This document shows, one piece after another, positions 30,461 to 39,848 of a DNA stretch of 44,235 bases. The stretch is from a virus: the IMG/VR virus record IMGVR_UViG_3300027908_000012, positions 1 to 44,235 of that record; one strand, given 5' to 3'. The first letter of the stretch is position 1. Every line of letters begins with the position of its first letter. A program made the position numbers and the translations under genes. A model generated the notes under the pieces. It was not told the origin of the DNA. It ran no database searches and saw nothing but the letters and a program-made list of their open reading frames with translations.

Positions 30461-32588
30461 GCTTGCCGAGCTAAAGAAGAAATCCGACGACACCAGCGTA
30501 GTTGAGCTGGCCATGAAGCGCTGGCAGCAAGCCCAGGAAGCGGAATACGAGACCCGCGAGAAATGCCTGGACGATCTGAAGTTCTCCACCGGCGACCAGT
30601 GGCCCGCCAACATCAAAGCCGACCGCGAAAAAGACAATCTGCCCTGCCTGACGATGGACCAGACGCAGCAGTCTGTCCGAATCGTAACCAATGAATACCG
30701 AGCCAAGCGGCCCAGCGGCAACATTACCCCGGTAGGCGATGGCGCCGACGTGGATTCCGCTGAAATTATTCAAGGGATGGTCAGGCACATCGAAGTGCAG
30801 TCAGATTCAGAGATTGCCTACGACAATGCCCATGAAGCGGTAACGCGCATAGGTTTTGGCTCTTGGCGATTCCTGACCGAATACATCGACGATGAGAGCG
30901 ACGATCAGGAAGTCTATATCCGGGCGATTCGCAATCAGTTTTCAGTCTATTGGCAGCCGGGAGTGCCCACCAAAGACGCTAAATGGGCATTTATCGTTGA
31001 GGACGTACCCCGCGACAATTACGAGGATGAATATCCCGACTCCAAATACTCACAGAGCAACGATACGCTGACAGAGTTCATGGGACGCGGCAACGCTTCG
31101 CCTGAATGGGTAATGAATGATGTTGTCCGGGTAGCAGAATACTTTGAAATCGTGGAACGTGAGGGAAAGGGCAAGCGCAAGAAAAAGCAGGTAGTTTGGC
31201 GCAAGATCAACGCTACTGAAATATTGGACGGTCCCAAGGATTTGCCGGGTAAATCCATACCCATCTTTACTGCGGTAGGCGATGATTTTGACGTAGACGG
31301 TAAACGTTATCTGGCCGGATTGATTCGCAACGCCAAAGACCCACAACGGATGTACAACTTCTGGACCTCTGCGGCTACAGAGAAGATAGCCCTCAGCAAG
31401 ACCGCTCCTTATATTGCCGTGGCCGGTTCCCTTGTGAATCCCGAGCAATGGTCTAACCCCAAAAACACCAAAGTATTGTTCTATACCCAGGTGGATGTTG
31501 CTGGTAAGCCTGCACCTCGCCCAGAGCGCGACCTACTAGAGCCGCAAATTGACTCCATGGCGCACATGACCCAGCAAGCAGCGATGGACGTGAAAGCTTC
31601 GATGGGTGTTTACGATCCCAGTTTGGGCCAGCGCAAAGGCGACGAATCAGGCAAGGCGATCCAGCATTTGCAGGAGCAAGGTTCGCTAGCTACCTCGAAT
31701 TTCTCGGACAACGTCGCGCGGGAGATGCGCAGAAGCTACTACGAACTCATTGAGTGGATACGCTTTTACTACGATACCCCGCGAATCCAGCGAATCATCA
31801 TGCCGGATGGCACCAATAAGCAAATCGTCATCCATAACGGGCCAGAGCAGGCCGATGAAGCGCAGAAAATGCTCACCGATCAGATTACCAAGGCTTTTGA
31901 CATCAGCGTGGGCCGCTATGATGTGACAGTTTCGATAGGTCCCAGCTACCAGACAAAGAGGCAGGAAGCGGTAGCCACAGAAATGGACCTTCTGAAGGTC
32001 CTAGGGCCCGCCGCGCAGAACATTCTCGATCTCGTAGTGGGCGAAATGGACATTCCCCAGGCCAAAGAGATAGCCAAGCGCCTGAAAATGATGCTTCCCC
32101 CGCAATTGCAAGGCGACGATGAATCCGATCCGCAGGTAAAGCTCTATAAAATGCAGTCCACGCTCCAGCAGATGAGCCAACAGCATGAACTCCTGACCAA
32201 AGCCCTGCAAGACGCCCAGAAAGTCGTGGAAACCAAGCAAATCGAGCAGCAAGGCAAGATGCAGATAGCGCAGATGCAGGAACAGACTAAAGCGGCCATC
32301 GTGAAGATGCAGGAAGCCACTAAATTAGCGGTAGCACAGATCAATGCCAGCAAGGATTTGCACGAAACCATCGCAGACAACGAAATCAAGCAATACGACT
32401 TGCTGCACAGCGCCGCTCACGACCTAGCTCTCCAGAAAGACCAGCAAGAGCACGAAAAAGGACTCGCCGCGCAGCAAACCGCCGCCGATCAGCAAAGCCA
32501 AGCCAGCGACCAATCCCACGAAGCCGACATGACCGCCGCAAATCAGGCCCATGAAGCAGATATGCAGCAACAGGAGCCCCAAGAATGA
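30453..32588 (+). CDS. Portal protein (P22-like) with long C-terminal Gln-rich helical extension
   Basis: It is 711 aa and lies downstream of terL. The N-terminal motif CLDDLKFSTGDQWPANIKADREKDNLPCLTMDQ is typical of this portal family. The C-terminal roughly 150 aa is Q/E/A/K-rich and coiled-coil-like, as in the P22 portal barrel. Confidence 0.8.
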   Translation: MPELAELKKKSDDTSVVELAMKRWQQAQEAEYETREKCLDDLKFSTGDQWPANIKADREKDNLPCLTMDQTQQSVRIVTNEYRAKRPSGNITPVGDGADVDSAEIIQGMVRHIEVQSDSEIAYDNAHEAVTRIGFGSWRFLTEYIDDESDDQEVYIRAIRNQFSVYWQPGVPTKDAKWAFIVEDVPRDNYEDEYPDSKYSQSNDTLTEFMGRGNASPEWVMNDVVRVAEYFEIVEREGKGKRKKKQVVWRKINATEILDGPKDLPGKSIPIFTAVGDDFDVDGKRYLAGLIRNAKDPQRMYNFWTSAATEKIALSKTAPYIAVAGSLVNPEQWSNPKNTKVLFYTQVDVAGKPAPRPERDLLEPQIDSMAHMTQQAAMDVKASMGVYDPSLGQRKGDESGKAIQHLQEQGSLATSNFSDNVAREMRRSYYELIEWIRFYYDTPRIQRIIMPDGTNKQIVIHNGPEQADEAQKMLTDQITKAFDISVGRYDVTVSIGPSYQTKRQEAVATEMDLLKVLGPAAQNILDLVVGEMDIPQAKEIAKRLKMMLPPQLQGDDESDPQVKLYKMQSTLQQMSQQHELLTKALQDAQKVVETKQIEQQGKMQIAQMQEQTKAAIVKMQEATKLAVAQINASKDLHETIADNEIKQYDLLHSAAHDLALQKDQQEHEKGLAAQQTAADQQSQASDQSHEADMTAANQAHEADMQQQEPQE

Positions 32589-34639
32589 GGAAAATCATCC
32601 TACTTTTACTGTTTTGCGCGACGAGTTTATATGCGCAGAATCCGCTAACCTATCAATCCAGCGCAACAGGCAATATCACCGCGACCGGCTCGACGTGCGC
32701 GACCACCAACGCTTGCATATCCGTCCATTTGCCTCCCGGCAGCACCAGCGTGGCCGTAACCATTACTGGAACATGGTCGGCAACTTTAGTCGTGGAAATG
32801 GCTGCGGATAATGGCGTCACTTGGGTTTCAGCGGGAACTGGACCTTCAGCGAATGGGCAAACTACTTACACGCTCACCGCCCAAACAGACTTTCGGGTGC
32901 GAGCTTCAGCTTTCACCAGCGGAACAGTGGGAGTTTTCATCAATGTGGCTCCCCCGACCATCGTAAATTTAGGGCCAGTCACGGTAACGGGCGCAGCCAA
33001 CGGCGTCGGCACTGGCGCAGCTCCCAAAACATCCATTTATTTCGGGCCAGATTGCAATGCAGGTGATTCTCGATGTTTCTTCACCTTCGCGGACACTCAG
33101 CAAGCCAATGATGCTTCATGGACGGCTGGCATCCCCACCGTCAACAGTGCCACTGCTCATTTTTGTAATGGAACTACTGTTCCATGCGCGAGTGGGCAAA
33201 CCTCGGATGTGGGTAAGCGCATCGCTGGGTATGCTACCTGTGCGGCTTTCACTTCCACCATCGCCACTCAAGCTTCATCCACTCCATTAGGGATAGTGTC
33301 CGGTGGCCCTCTGACCATTACGGCGGTTGTTAGTTCCACACAAGTAACGCTGAACGGCAACGCGCAAATTACCGCCACTGGCAATTCTCACTGTGTTTTC
33401 TGGGGGCATCCCGATGATGCCAACGCAGTGATTGCCGACGCTGCGATTCAGGCTCTAGGTACTTGCGCCCGGCTAACTTTCTCAGGAGTGAACTACTGGT
33501 TTGGCGATCCACATTTTTACATCAATCCCCCAGCTTGTGTCGCTCTTGGCTCTATCTTTGGTAATAGCGGCATTGGTTCCTTCGCCAATATTTACTACGC
33601 GGCTGGCTTAGAGTGGGAAGGACGCGGGCGTGGTGTCACAAATGTGTTTTTGCCCTACACATTTCCCGAAACATCCCCCTGCACCAATGGCTCCGGGAAC
33701 GCCTGCTTCGTGCGACAGATTGAGGGGCGTATAGCGGATATTACCTTTACCGGTGGTGGAGACTCCACATCTAATATGGGCAACGGCAAGCAACTCTTCG
33801 AATTGCGCGGACCTGGCTCGACCGACAACTTCCTATGCACGAATTTTGATGCCTCTAACATCAATAATTACGGATTTTTCATCAACGGTTGGGAGTCACT
33901 TCGCCAGTTCGACAATTCCGGCTGCGGGTACAACGGGATCAATATTGCTTCAGGAGCACAAGTCACGGCTATCCAGCTTGCCGTCGAGAACAATCCGGTG
34001 AACCTCAACGTTTCAGGTCCAGGTACCGGGACCAGCGATTCACTCATGTGCTACGAATGCCACTTGCTGGGAGCACAGTGGACTGGATCAGGGAACAATA
34101 TAACTATCCTCAGCAACGGCGCGACCCTCACGTTCACGCATTTACTGACTGGGAATTCAATTGCTGGTGGAACAATATATAAGAACCAAGCATCAGGCGG
34201 GATTCTGAGACTGTTTGTCAACAGCGCTCTGAATATCGGCACAACTACTACCAACGGCATCGTGTTGACGGCGGCTGGCAAAGTCTACGTAGAAAACTCG
34301 ACTGTCAACGGCGGTGCTTCGGCATTTGCTTACACCGACGTGGCGGGTAGTAATTTATTCGACCAAGGCGCGAATACCTTTACCGGGCCGCTCAACATTC
34401 TAGGAACCAATCATCACTCCGAAACCGGCACTTGCACTTTCGCAGCGGCGACAACTTGTGTCGTGACTTTCGCTCGGTCTTTTGGAGTCAGCACCGCTAT
34501 CCCTAGTTTCACGATTCCACCCAACATCCCAGCGACAGCTACAACGCTAACCGTGAGTGCCTTGAGCGCGACAGGCGCGACGATCACAGCCAGCGCTTCA
34601 AATTCGGCGGCAGTGCAATGGGCGGCAACCCTACAATGA
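32585..34639 (+). CDS. Signal-peptide-bearing beta-helix-like protein (684 aa) between portal and scaffold genes
   Basis: ATGA overlap with the portal stop. The N-terminus is MRKIILLLLFCATSLYA/QNP. The protein is Thr/Gly/Asn/Ala-rich with repeated turns (ITFTGGGDS, NGINIASGAQV, NITILSNGATL) suggestive of a parallel beta-helix. Confidence 0.65.
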   Translation: MRKIILLLLFCATSLYAQNPLTYQSSATGNITATGSTCATTNACISVHLPPGSTSVAVTITGTWSATLVVEMAADNGVTWVSAGTGPSANGQTTYTLTAQTDFRVRASAFTSGTVGVFINVAPPTIVNLGPVTVTGAANGVGTGAAPKTSIYFGPDCNAGDSRCFFTFADTQQANDASWTAGIPTVNSATAHFCNGTTVPCASGQTSDVGKRIAGYATCAAFTSTIATQASSTPLGIVSGGPLTITAVVSSTQVTLNGNAQITATGNSHCVFWGHPDDANAVIADAAIQALGTCARLTFSGVNYWFGDPHFYINPPACVALGSIFGNSGIGSFANIYYAAGLEWEGRGRGVTNVFLPYTFPETSPCTNGSGNACFVRQIEGRIADITFTGGGDSTSNMGNGKQLFELRGPGSTDNFLCTNFDASNINNYGFFINGWESLRQFDNSGCGYNGINIASGAQVTAIQLAVENNPVNLNVSGPGTGTSDSLMCYECHLLGAQWTGSGNNITILSNGATLTFTHLLTGNSIAGGTIYKNQASGGILRLFVNSALNIGTTTTNGIVLTAAGKVYVENSTVNGGASAFAYTDVAGSNLFDQGANTFTGPLNILGTNHHSETGTCTFAAATTCVVTFARSFGVSTAIPSFTIPPNIPATATTLTVSALSATGATITASASNSAAVQWAATLQ

Positions 34640-34645
34640 TTCTAA

Positions 34646-34837
34646 ATGCTAGAATATCGCGCCTATGCCATTCAACTGGCTTCGCCGGAAACCGGTCTAT
34701 CCTTGCCCGGCAATACGTTCCCGACGACGATCGCCAATGGAGCGACAAGCGCCACCTCCGTAGTATTCAATCTAACCTTTGCCGTGGCCCCAACCGTGGG
34801 GAATACCGATATTTTCATATGGAATTGTTCAAACTAG
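34646..34837 (+). CDS. Hypothetical protein (63 aa)
   Basis: ORF-track entry with a weak RBS. Confidence 0.35.
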   Translation: MLEYRAYAIQLASPETGLSLPGNTFPTTIANGATSATSVVFNLTFAVAPTVGNTDIFIWNCSN

Positions 34838-34863
34838 GAACCCGATGAAAAGGAGCATAAAAT

Positions 34864-35787
34864 ATGCCAGAAGAGCAACAAACAGTAGAAGAAGTCAGCA
34901 TCGACACGCTGCCGGCCAAAGAATACAACGAGGCTCGCGATAAAGGTCTCACCAGCGTGCCCAAAGCGCCCGTAGTGGAAGAAAAAGAAGAGCAAAAGAC
35001 TGAGGAAACCGAGGAAAAAGAAGAAGAGAAGCCCAAACAGCGTGGCTGGAACGGCGCACAGAAGAAAATAGACCGGCTAATCAAGCACAATGCCGAATTG
35101 GAGAAAGCCAAGGAAGCCGCCGAGAAACGCGCTCAGGAACTGGAAGCGAAGACCGGCAAAACCGAAGAAAAGACGGTTAAGGCCGACGATGAGCCCAAAG
35201 AGGAAGACTTTAACGGCGATGTAAGAGCCTTTTTCAAAGCTCAGGCCCGTTGGGAAGCTCGCCAAGAGATTAAAGCCCAAGAGGAAGCGCGGGAACGTGC
35301 TACGCAGGAAGCGCAGACCAAGGAAATCTTCGACAATCACAACCGGACAATCTCGGAAGCTCGCGCCAAGTATGACGATTTTGAGGAAGTGGTCAAAGCC
35401 ACTGACACGCCTTGGAAAGAGGGCAGCAAAGCTGATGTTATGGCTTCTCAGGCCTTTGCCGTGGCTATGTATGAGTCGGGAATGGGCGGCGAACTTCTTT
35501 ACTATCTGGGCAAGCATCCCGACGAACTCGCCAAAATGGAAGGATTGTCGCCGGCTAGGATACAGATGGCCGTTGGGCGAATCGTAGACAAACTGGAAGC
35601 GGCCAGCGATGAGGAAGAAACAGAAGAGGTAGAAAAAGAGGAAGTGAAGGAAAAGACTAAAATAGTCAGCAAAGCACCGGCCCCGATTAAGCCAGTGGGC
35701 GGATCGAGCACCAAATCCACAGTCCCATTAGATCGCATGTCAATGGCTGACTACGAAAAGGCTAGAGCGGCTGGCCGAATACGCTAA
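34864..35787 (+). CDS. Scaffolding protein
   Basis: AAAGGAG RBS. It is 307 aa, strongly E/K-rich and helical, and lies immediately upstream of the coat gene. Confidence 0.7.
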   Translation: MPEEQQTVEEVSIDTLPAKEYNEARDKGLTSVPKAPVVEEKEEQKTEETEEKEEEKPKQRGWNGAQKKIDRLIKHNAELEKAKEAAEKRAQELEAKTGKTEEKTVKADDEPKEEDFNGDVRAFFKAQARWEARQEIKAQEEARERATQEAQTKEIFDNHNRTISEARAKYDDFEEVVKATDTPWKEGSKADVMASQAFAVAMYESGMGGELLYYLGKHPDELAKMEGLSPARIQMAVGRIVDKLEAASDEEETEEVEKEEVKEKTKIVSKAPAPIKPVGGSSTKSTVPLDRMSMADYEKARAAGRIR

Positions 35788-35805
35788 TTGTGGCAAAACG
35801 GACAC

Positions 35806-35842
35806 AAAAGTGCTTGACACACCACAAATACGAGTTTACAAG
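35806..35842 (+). promoter_or_regulatory. Candidate promoter AAAAGTGCTTGACA-N17-TACAAG upstream of coat gene
   Basis: TTGACA is at 35814-35819. It shares the GTGCTTGACA core with the early promoters. It would give a leader of about 150 nt. Confidence 0.45.
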
Positions 35843-35998
35843 TCAATACAGCAAAATACGTAAGCCCTCTGGGAAGGCTAAACTCCCTGTGATGTAGAGG
35901 TAAAGCTCTCCGCGACCGCCGCAAGGTTGGTCAGAAACTCCTGCCGAATCGGAAACGGCAAAGGCTACACGTTTCCAATTCTTCGACAGGAGCCCTCC

Positions 35999-37210
35999 TT
36001 GGCAAATACAGAACTTACGATAGGAATGATCACCCGCGAGACCTCTCGCGTCCTCAAAAACAACGTAGTTTTCACCAAATATGTGAATCGCGAGTACGAC
36101 GATTACTTCGCCAAATCCGGCGCGAAGATCGGCGTAGTACTGAACATCAGGAAGCCGGTTCGCTCGATTTACTCTTCCGGCCAAGGCTTGATTCTTCAGG
36201 ATTTGACCGAAACAAGCGTGCCGGTTGCGCTGACCACGCAGTATCAGCGGTCTTTTGCGGTCACTTCTCAAGACCTTCTGCTAAATATTGACGATTTCAC
36301 GACTCGCTTTGTGTCGAAGCACGTCACTTCGCTGGCCAACCAAGTGGATGATGACGGACTCTCGCAATACATCAACGTCTACAACGAAGTAGGCACTCCG
36401 GGAACTCCTCCGACCACCATCGACACTTATCTGGCTGCCGGCGAGCTCCTCAACAACGAAGCGGCCCCTATGGACCCCCGCAGAATCGTTATGGGGCCGA
36501 CCATGAACCGCAAGATTGTGGGCGCTTTGGCTGGCTTGCTCAACCCGCAGCGGAAGATCAGCGAGCAATATGCCAAGGGCATGATGGCTGCCGACACTCT
36601 GGGCTTTGACTGGTACATGGACCAGAACGTAGGCCTACAAGTCGTAGGGCCTCAGGGTGGAACTCCTACCGTCAACGCCACCGCGGGGCAGACCGGATCA
36701 AGCATCGTTACTACTGGTTGGACCGCTGCTGTTGGTCTCCGTTTGAATAAGGGCGACGTTATCCAGTTGGCTGGCGTATTTGCCGTCAATCCCCAGAACA
36801 GGCGTTCCACCGGATATCTCCGCAACTTTGTCGTAACCAGCGCATTCAGCTCAGACGGTTCCGGCAATGGAACCATCAACATTTCGCCTTCCATCATCAC
36901 CAGCGGGCCTTTCCAGAACGTAACCGTAGCTCCCGCAGCTAACGCAGCCATTACCGTTAACGGCGCTGCCAACACCTCTTCTGTGCGAGGGTTGGCGTTC
37001 CATCCCGACGCTTTCATCTTTGTCACCGCCGACTTGCCGCTGTTCCAGGGCTTGGACAAGGCCGACCGCGTAACTGACCCAGACCTGAAGATAAGCATTC
37101 GTTCCATTAGGGACTACGACATTAATACAGATCGCGCTCCCCTCCGTCTCGACTTCCTTGGCGGCTGGGCAACGTTCTATCCCGAATTGGCAGTAAGAAT
37201 CGCAAGTTAG
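35999..37210 (+). CDS. Major capsid (coat) protein, P22 coat family
   Basis: TTG 35999 is preceded by CAGGAG (6-nt spacer). ITRETSRVLKNNVVFTKYVNREYDDYFAKSGAKIGVVLNIRKP matches the family N-terminus as I recall it. The KGDVIQLAGV...ISPSII..GPFQNV region matches P22 gp5 RGDKISFAGV...ITPKPV. Confidence 0.85.
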   Translation: MANTELTIGMITRETSRVLKNNVVFTKYVNREYDDYFAKSGAKIGVVLNIRKPVRSIYSSGQGLILQDLTETSVPVALTTQYQRSFAVTSQDLLLNIDDFTTRFVSKHVTSLANQVDDDGLSQYINVYNEVGTPGTPPTTIDTYLAAGELLNNEAAPMDPRRIVMGPTMNRKIVGALAGLLNPQRKISEQYAKGMMAADTLGFDWYMDQNVGLQVVGPQGGTPTVNATAGQTGSSIVTTGWTAAVGLRLNKGDVIQLAGVFAVNPQNRRSTGYLRNFVVTSAFSSDGSGNGTINISPSIITSGPFQNVTVAPAANAAITVNGAANTSSVRGLAFHPDAFIFVTADLPLFQGLDKADRVTDPDLKISIRSIRDYDINTDRAPLRLDFLGGWATFYPELAVRIAS

Positions 37211-37215
37211 TAAAT

Positions 37216-37235
37216 GGGGAGAGACCACTCTCCCC
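37216..37235 (+). terminator. Hairpin ggggagag-acca-ctctcccc directly after coat gene
   Basis: It is an 8-bp GC-rich stem 6 nt after the stop. No U-tract follows, so it may be a partial terminator or an mRNA stabiliser. Confidence 0.4.
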
Positions 37236-37276
37236 TATTCCCATCGACCGTACCGCTCGGAACAAAGGAGAAGTAA

Positions 37277-37936
37277 ATGGCAATTACCGCAACAACGCTT
37301 TCTGGGGCAATTACCTCGACGCAGACCAGCTTTGGTGTGGCTAGCGTAACCGGCATTACTGGCCCAAATCAGCAGACTGGTACTGGCATCACCATCCTCA
37401 AGATTGATCAGGAATTTATTTATGTGGCTGCTGCTCCGGTAGGCACTACGCTGCCTATTGTTTTGCGTGGCTATAACGGCTCGGCTGCGGCGGCCCACGT
37501 ATCGGGCGCACAAGTGCAGATCGGCGCTACCCCGGCTGACTTCCCTACCGATCAGGCAGAACTCACTGGCGGGAACACCACTTTACAGCAGGTTACTTAT
37601 GGCGCGAGAAATCAGCAGGCCATTTTCCTGTCTGGTACCGCTGACGCGCTGGCCGCTGGTGTGGCGGCTTTCTACGTAGTCAAGACTGGATCGGCTGATG
37701 CCATGACTTTGGCTGCTCCAACTGCCGGGCAAGAAGGCAATATCATCGAGGTTTGGTCGGATACCGCTTTCGCTCACACCATCACCGCCACAACTTTGCT
37801 GGCCAACGGCACTGCCTTGAAAACGACTGTAACTTTCCCGGCGTTTCGTGGCGCTGGCATCGTTCTCCGCGTTTGCAATTTGGTTTACCACGTCATGAGC
37901 CAAGGACCTTCTGCCGGAGCCGTTGTTCTTACCTAG
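37277..37936 (+). CDS. Capsid-associated protein (219 aa), paralog A
   Basis: GGAGAAG RBS. Its C-terminal roughly 105 aa is paralogous to ORF 37994-38386. The N-terminal region contains ILKIDQEFIYV...VLRGYNGSAAAAHVSGAQV. A decoration or head-fibre role is inferred from position only. Confidence 0.6.
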   Translation: MAITATTLSGAITSTQTSFGVASVTGITGPNQQTGTGITILKIDQEFIYVAAAPVGTTLPIVLRGYNGSAAAAHVSGAQVQIGATPADFPTDQAELTGGNTTLQQVTYGARNQQAIFLSGTADALAAGVAAFYVVKTGSADAMTLAAPTAGQEGNIIEVWSDTAFAHTITATTLLANGTALKTTVTFPAFRGAGIVLRVCNLVYHVMSQGPSAGAVVLT

Positions 37937-37944
37937 TCCCAACT

Positions 37945-37971
37945 GAAGGGGGAGTTCTCAGCTCCCCCTTC
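37945..37971 (+). terminator. Hairpin gaagggggag-ttctcag-ctcccccttc between the two paralogs
   Basis: It is a 10-bp perfect stem read directly from the sequence. No U-tract follows. Confidence 0.4.
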
Positions 37972-37993
37972 ACCCCAACTTTAAGGAGCAACG

Positions 37994-38386
37994 ATGGCGA
38001 GAGGACTTACAAACTTAGGCGCAGTAACCAACGATGTGATCAATCAGGTATGCGACGGCGATGCCATGCAGGGCGTCCCGGTTCTACTTACCGGAACGGC
38101 GGATGTTATCCCTGCGCACGTCAACGGCAATTACATCGTTAAAACCGGTTCAGCCGATGCCATGACTCTAGCGGCTCCCACGGTAGGCGCCGACGATAAT
38201 TTGAGCATCGCGATTTTCTCAGACACCCTTTTCGCCCACACCATCACCGCGACTGCGCTTTTCGCCAACGGCACGGCGCTAAAAACCACCGCTACTTTCG
38301 CTGCTTTTCGTGGGGCGGGGATTATTTTGCGGGCCTACAACGGAGTTTGGCAGGTAGTCAGCACTTCCGCAGTCACATTAACGTGA
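37994..38386 (+). CDS. Capsid-associated protein (130 aa), paralog B
   Basis: AAGGAG RBS. It shares VKTGSADAMTLAAPT.G....I..SDT.FAHTITAT.L.ANGTALKTT.TF.AFRGAGI.LR with paralog A. Confidence 0.6.
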   Translation: MARGLTNLGAVTNDVINQVCDGDAMQGVPVLLTGTADVIPAHVNGNYIVKTGSADAMTLAAPTVGADDNLSIAIFSDTLFAHTITATALFANGTALKTTATFAAFRGAGIILRAYNGVWQVVSTSAVTLT

Positions 38387-38743
38387 TTTTTTAATATGGG
38401 CAATCTTATGACAGGGAACACAAAGCCAAACTACGTCAAGTATATGGGTCTTATCGTAGCCATTGTGATGGTGTGCTTCGATTGGTCTTTCTTGATTGCA
38501 GCTAGAACATGTGGTTGGTTTTATAAGCTTTCCTGTCTTAATCGCATTGTGAACTGTAACGCTGGCGAGAGTAAGTTTTCTAGCCCAATCAGGGTTTTTT
38601 GCTCTCCATTTTTTGACTCCTCGACTACGCCAAAGTCTTTTTTGTCAGGATTTTTGGCTTCATATCGCCTAATTTTTGCAACCCGTCGAGTTTTGGATTC
38701 GTCAGCGGAGAGCATGATTCATTTTAACTTGTAAAGGAGCTTT

Positions 38744-39094
38744 ATGGCTAATCAAGAATATCCGAAGTGGCTGTATCACGCGACCGAAGGCTCCAGGCTG
38801 GTGGAGACGGCTGCGGAAGAAAAAGAACTGGGGCCGGGCTGGGAGATTCATCCCGAAAAAGCCAAGGCCGAGCACATCAAGAAAGTCAACGAGCTGAACG
38901 CCAAGGCCGCTGAAGATCAGAAAAAGGCCGAGGAAAAAGCTGCGCAGGACAAAGCTAAAGCGGAAGCCGACCTTGCCAAACAGTTAGCGGCCCAGAATCC
39001 CAAAAATGCTGCTGCTGCCAAAGCTGCCGCCGACAAAAAGGTTGCTGAAGATAAGGCCGCCGCAGAAAAGAAAGCCGCTGAAGCAAAAGAATAA
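38744..39094 (+). CDS. Small protein with YPKWLYH N-terminal motif and Ala/Lys/Glu-rich tail (116 aa)
   Basis: AAAGGAG RBS. The N-terminal roughly 40 aa look globular, and the remainder is AKAEA/KKAAE low-complexity sequence. Confidence 0.6.
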   Translation: MANQEYPKWLYHATEGSRLVETAAEEKELGPGWEIHPEKAKAEHIKKVNELNAKAAEDQKKAEEKAAQDKAKAEADLAKQLAAQNPKNAAAAKAAADKKVAEDKAAAEKKAAEAKE

Positions 39095-39104
39095 GGGCTA
39101 ACTG

Positions 39105-39848
39105 ATGACCGGTCTCGATTTGATTTCCAGCGCCATGCGCCTTATTGGAGCTTTGGCGAGTGGCGAGACCCCTACCGCTGCTGAAGCCAACGACGGACTA
39201 TCTTGCCTCAACGACATGTTGGATTCATGGCAAGCCGAGCGGTTGATGATTTTCACCATTTCGATTCAGGAATTTCCGCTCGTTCCCGGACAGCAAGTCT
39301 ACACCATGGGACCAGGAGGCAATTTCAACACCGCACGTCCAGCGAAAATCGAGCGCATGAGCATCGTTTCGCTGCAAAACCCCACGCAACCCCTGGAACT
39401 GCCGATCACCATGTACACCGACCGCGACTGGCAGCACGTTCCGGTAAAAGTCGGGATTACCAGCACTCTTCCGCTGAACGTTTACGATGACGGAGCGTAC
39501 CCACTAAGAAATCTAAGTTTCTGGGTGATTCCCAACATCGTCAATAACGTGCGGATTTATTCCTGGAACGCGCTGAACAATTTTCCCGACCTCGTAACCG
39601 ACATTACCTTTCCTCCAGCCTACAAAGAAGCGATTCGCTACAACCTTGCCGCTCGACTGATAGCCGAAATGCCGGGAGAGTACGCGCAAATCACGGTTCA
39701 AGCGGTTATCGGGCTGGCCACCGAGTCATTGGCTCGCGTAAGAATCATGAACCTTCCTACTATTCAGGCATTTGTTCCTCCGCTGCCGGGAGATTCCAAG
39801 GGCGGGCACTACGACTACCGCTCTGACTCGATTGTAGGCAGCAATTGA
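39105..39848 (+). CDS. Head-to-tail adaptor, P22 gp4-like
   Basis: LISSAMRLIGALASGETPTAAEANDGLSCLNDMLDSW aligns with P22 gp4 [39 protein letters not shown] as I recall it. It precedes the gp10-like gene. Confidence 0.65.
   Translation: MTGLDLISSAMRLIGALASGETPTAAEANDGLSCLNDMLDSWQAERLMIFTISIQEFPLVPGQQVYTMGPGGNFNTARPAKIERMSIVSLQNPTQPLELPITMYTDRDWQHVPVKVGITSTLPLNVYDDGAYPLRNLSFWVIPNIVNNVRIYSWNALNNFPDLVTDITFPPAYKEAIRYNLAARLIAEMPGEYAQITVQAVIGLATESLARVRIMNLPTIQAFVPPLPGDSKGGHYDYRSDSIVGSN

Noticed and set aside
35927-35998. Track start of the coat ORF at 35927
   Set aside because: It has no RBS and the extension (MVRNSCRIGNGKGYTF...) is non-homologous. TTG 35999 follows CAGGAG and matches where the coat family N-terminus begins.
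38396-38734. 112-aa plus-strand and 64-aa minus-strand ORFs (38521-38715) in the AT-rich island
   Set aside because: Neither has an RBS or coupling to its neighbours, and the compositions are atypical. They are left uncalled and reported as a finding instead.
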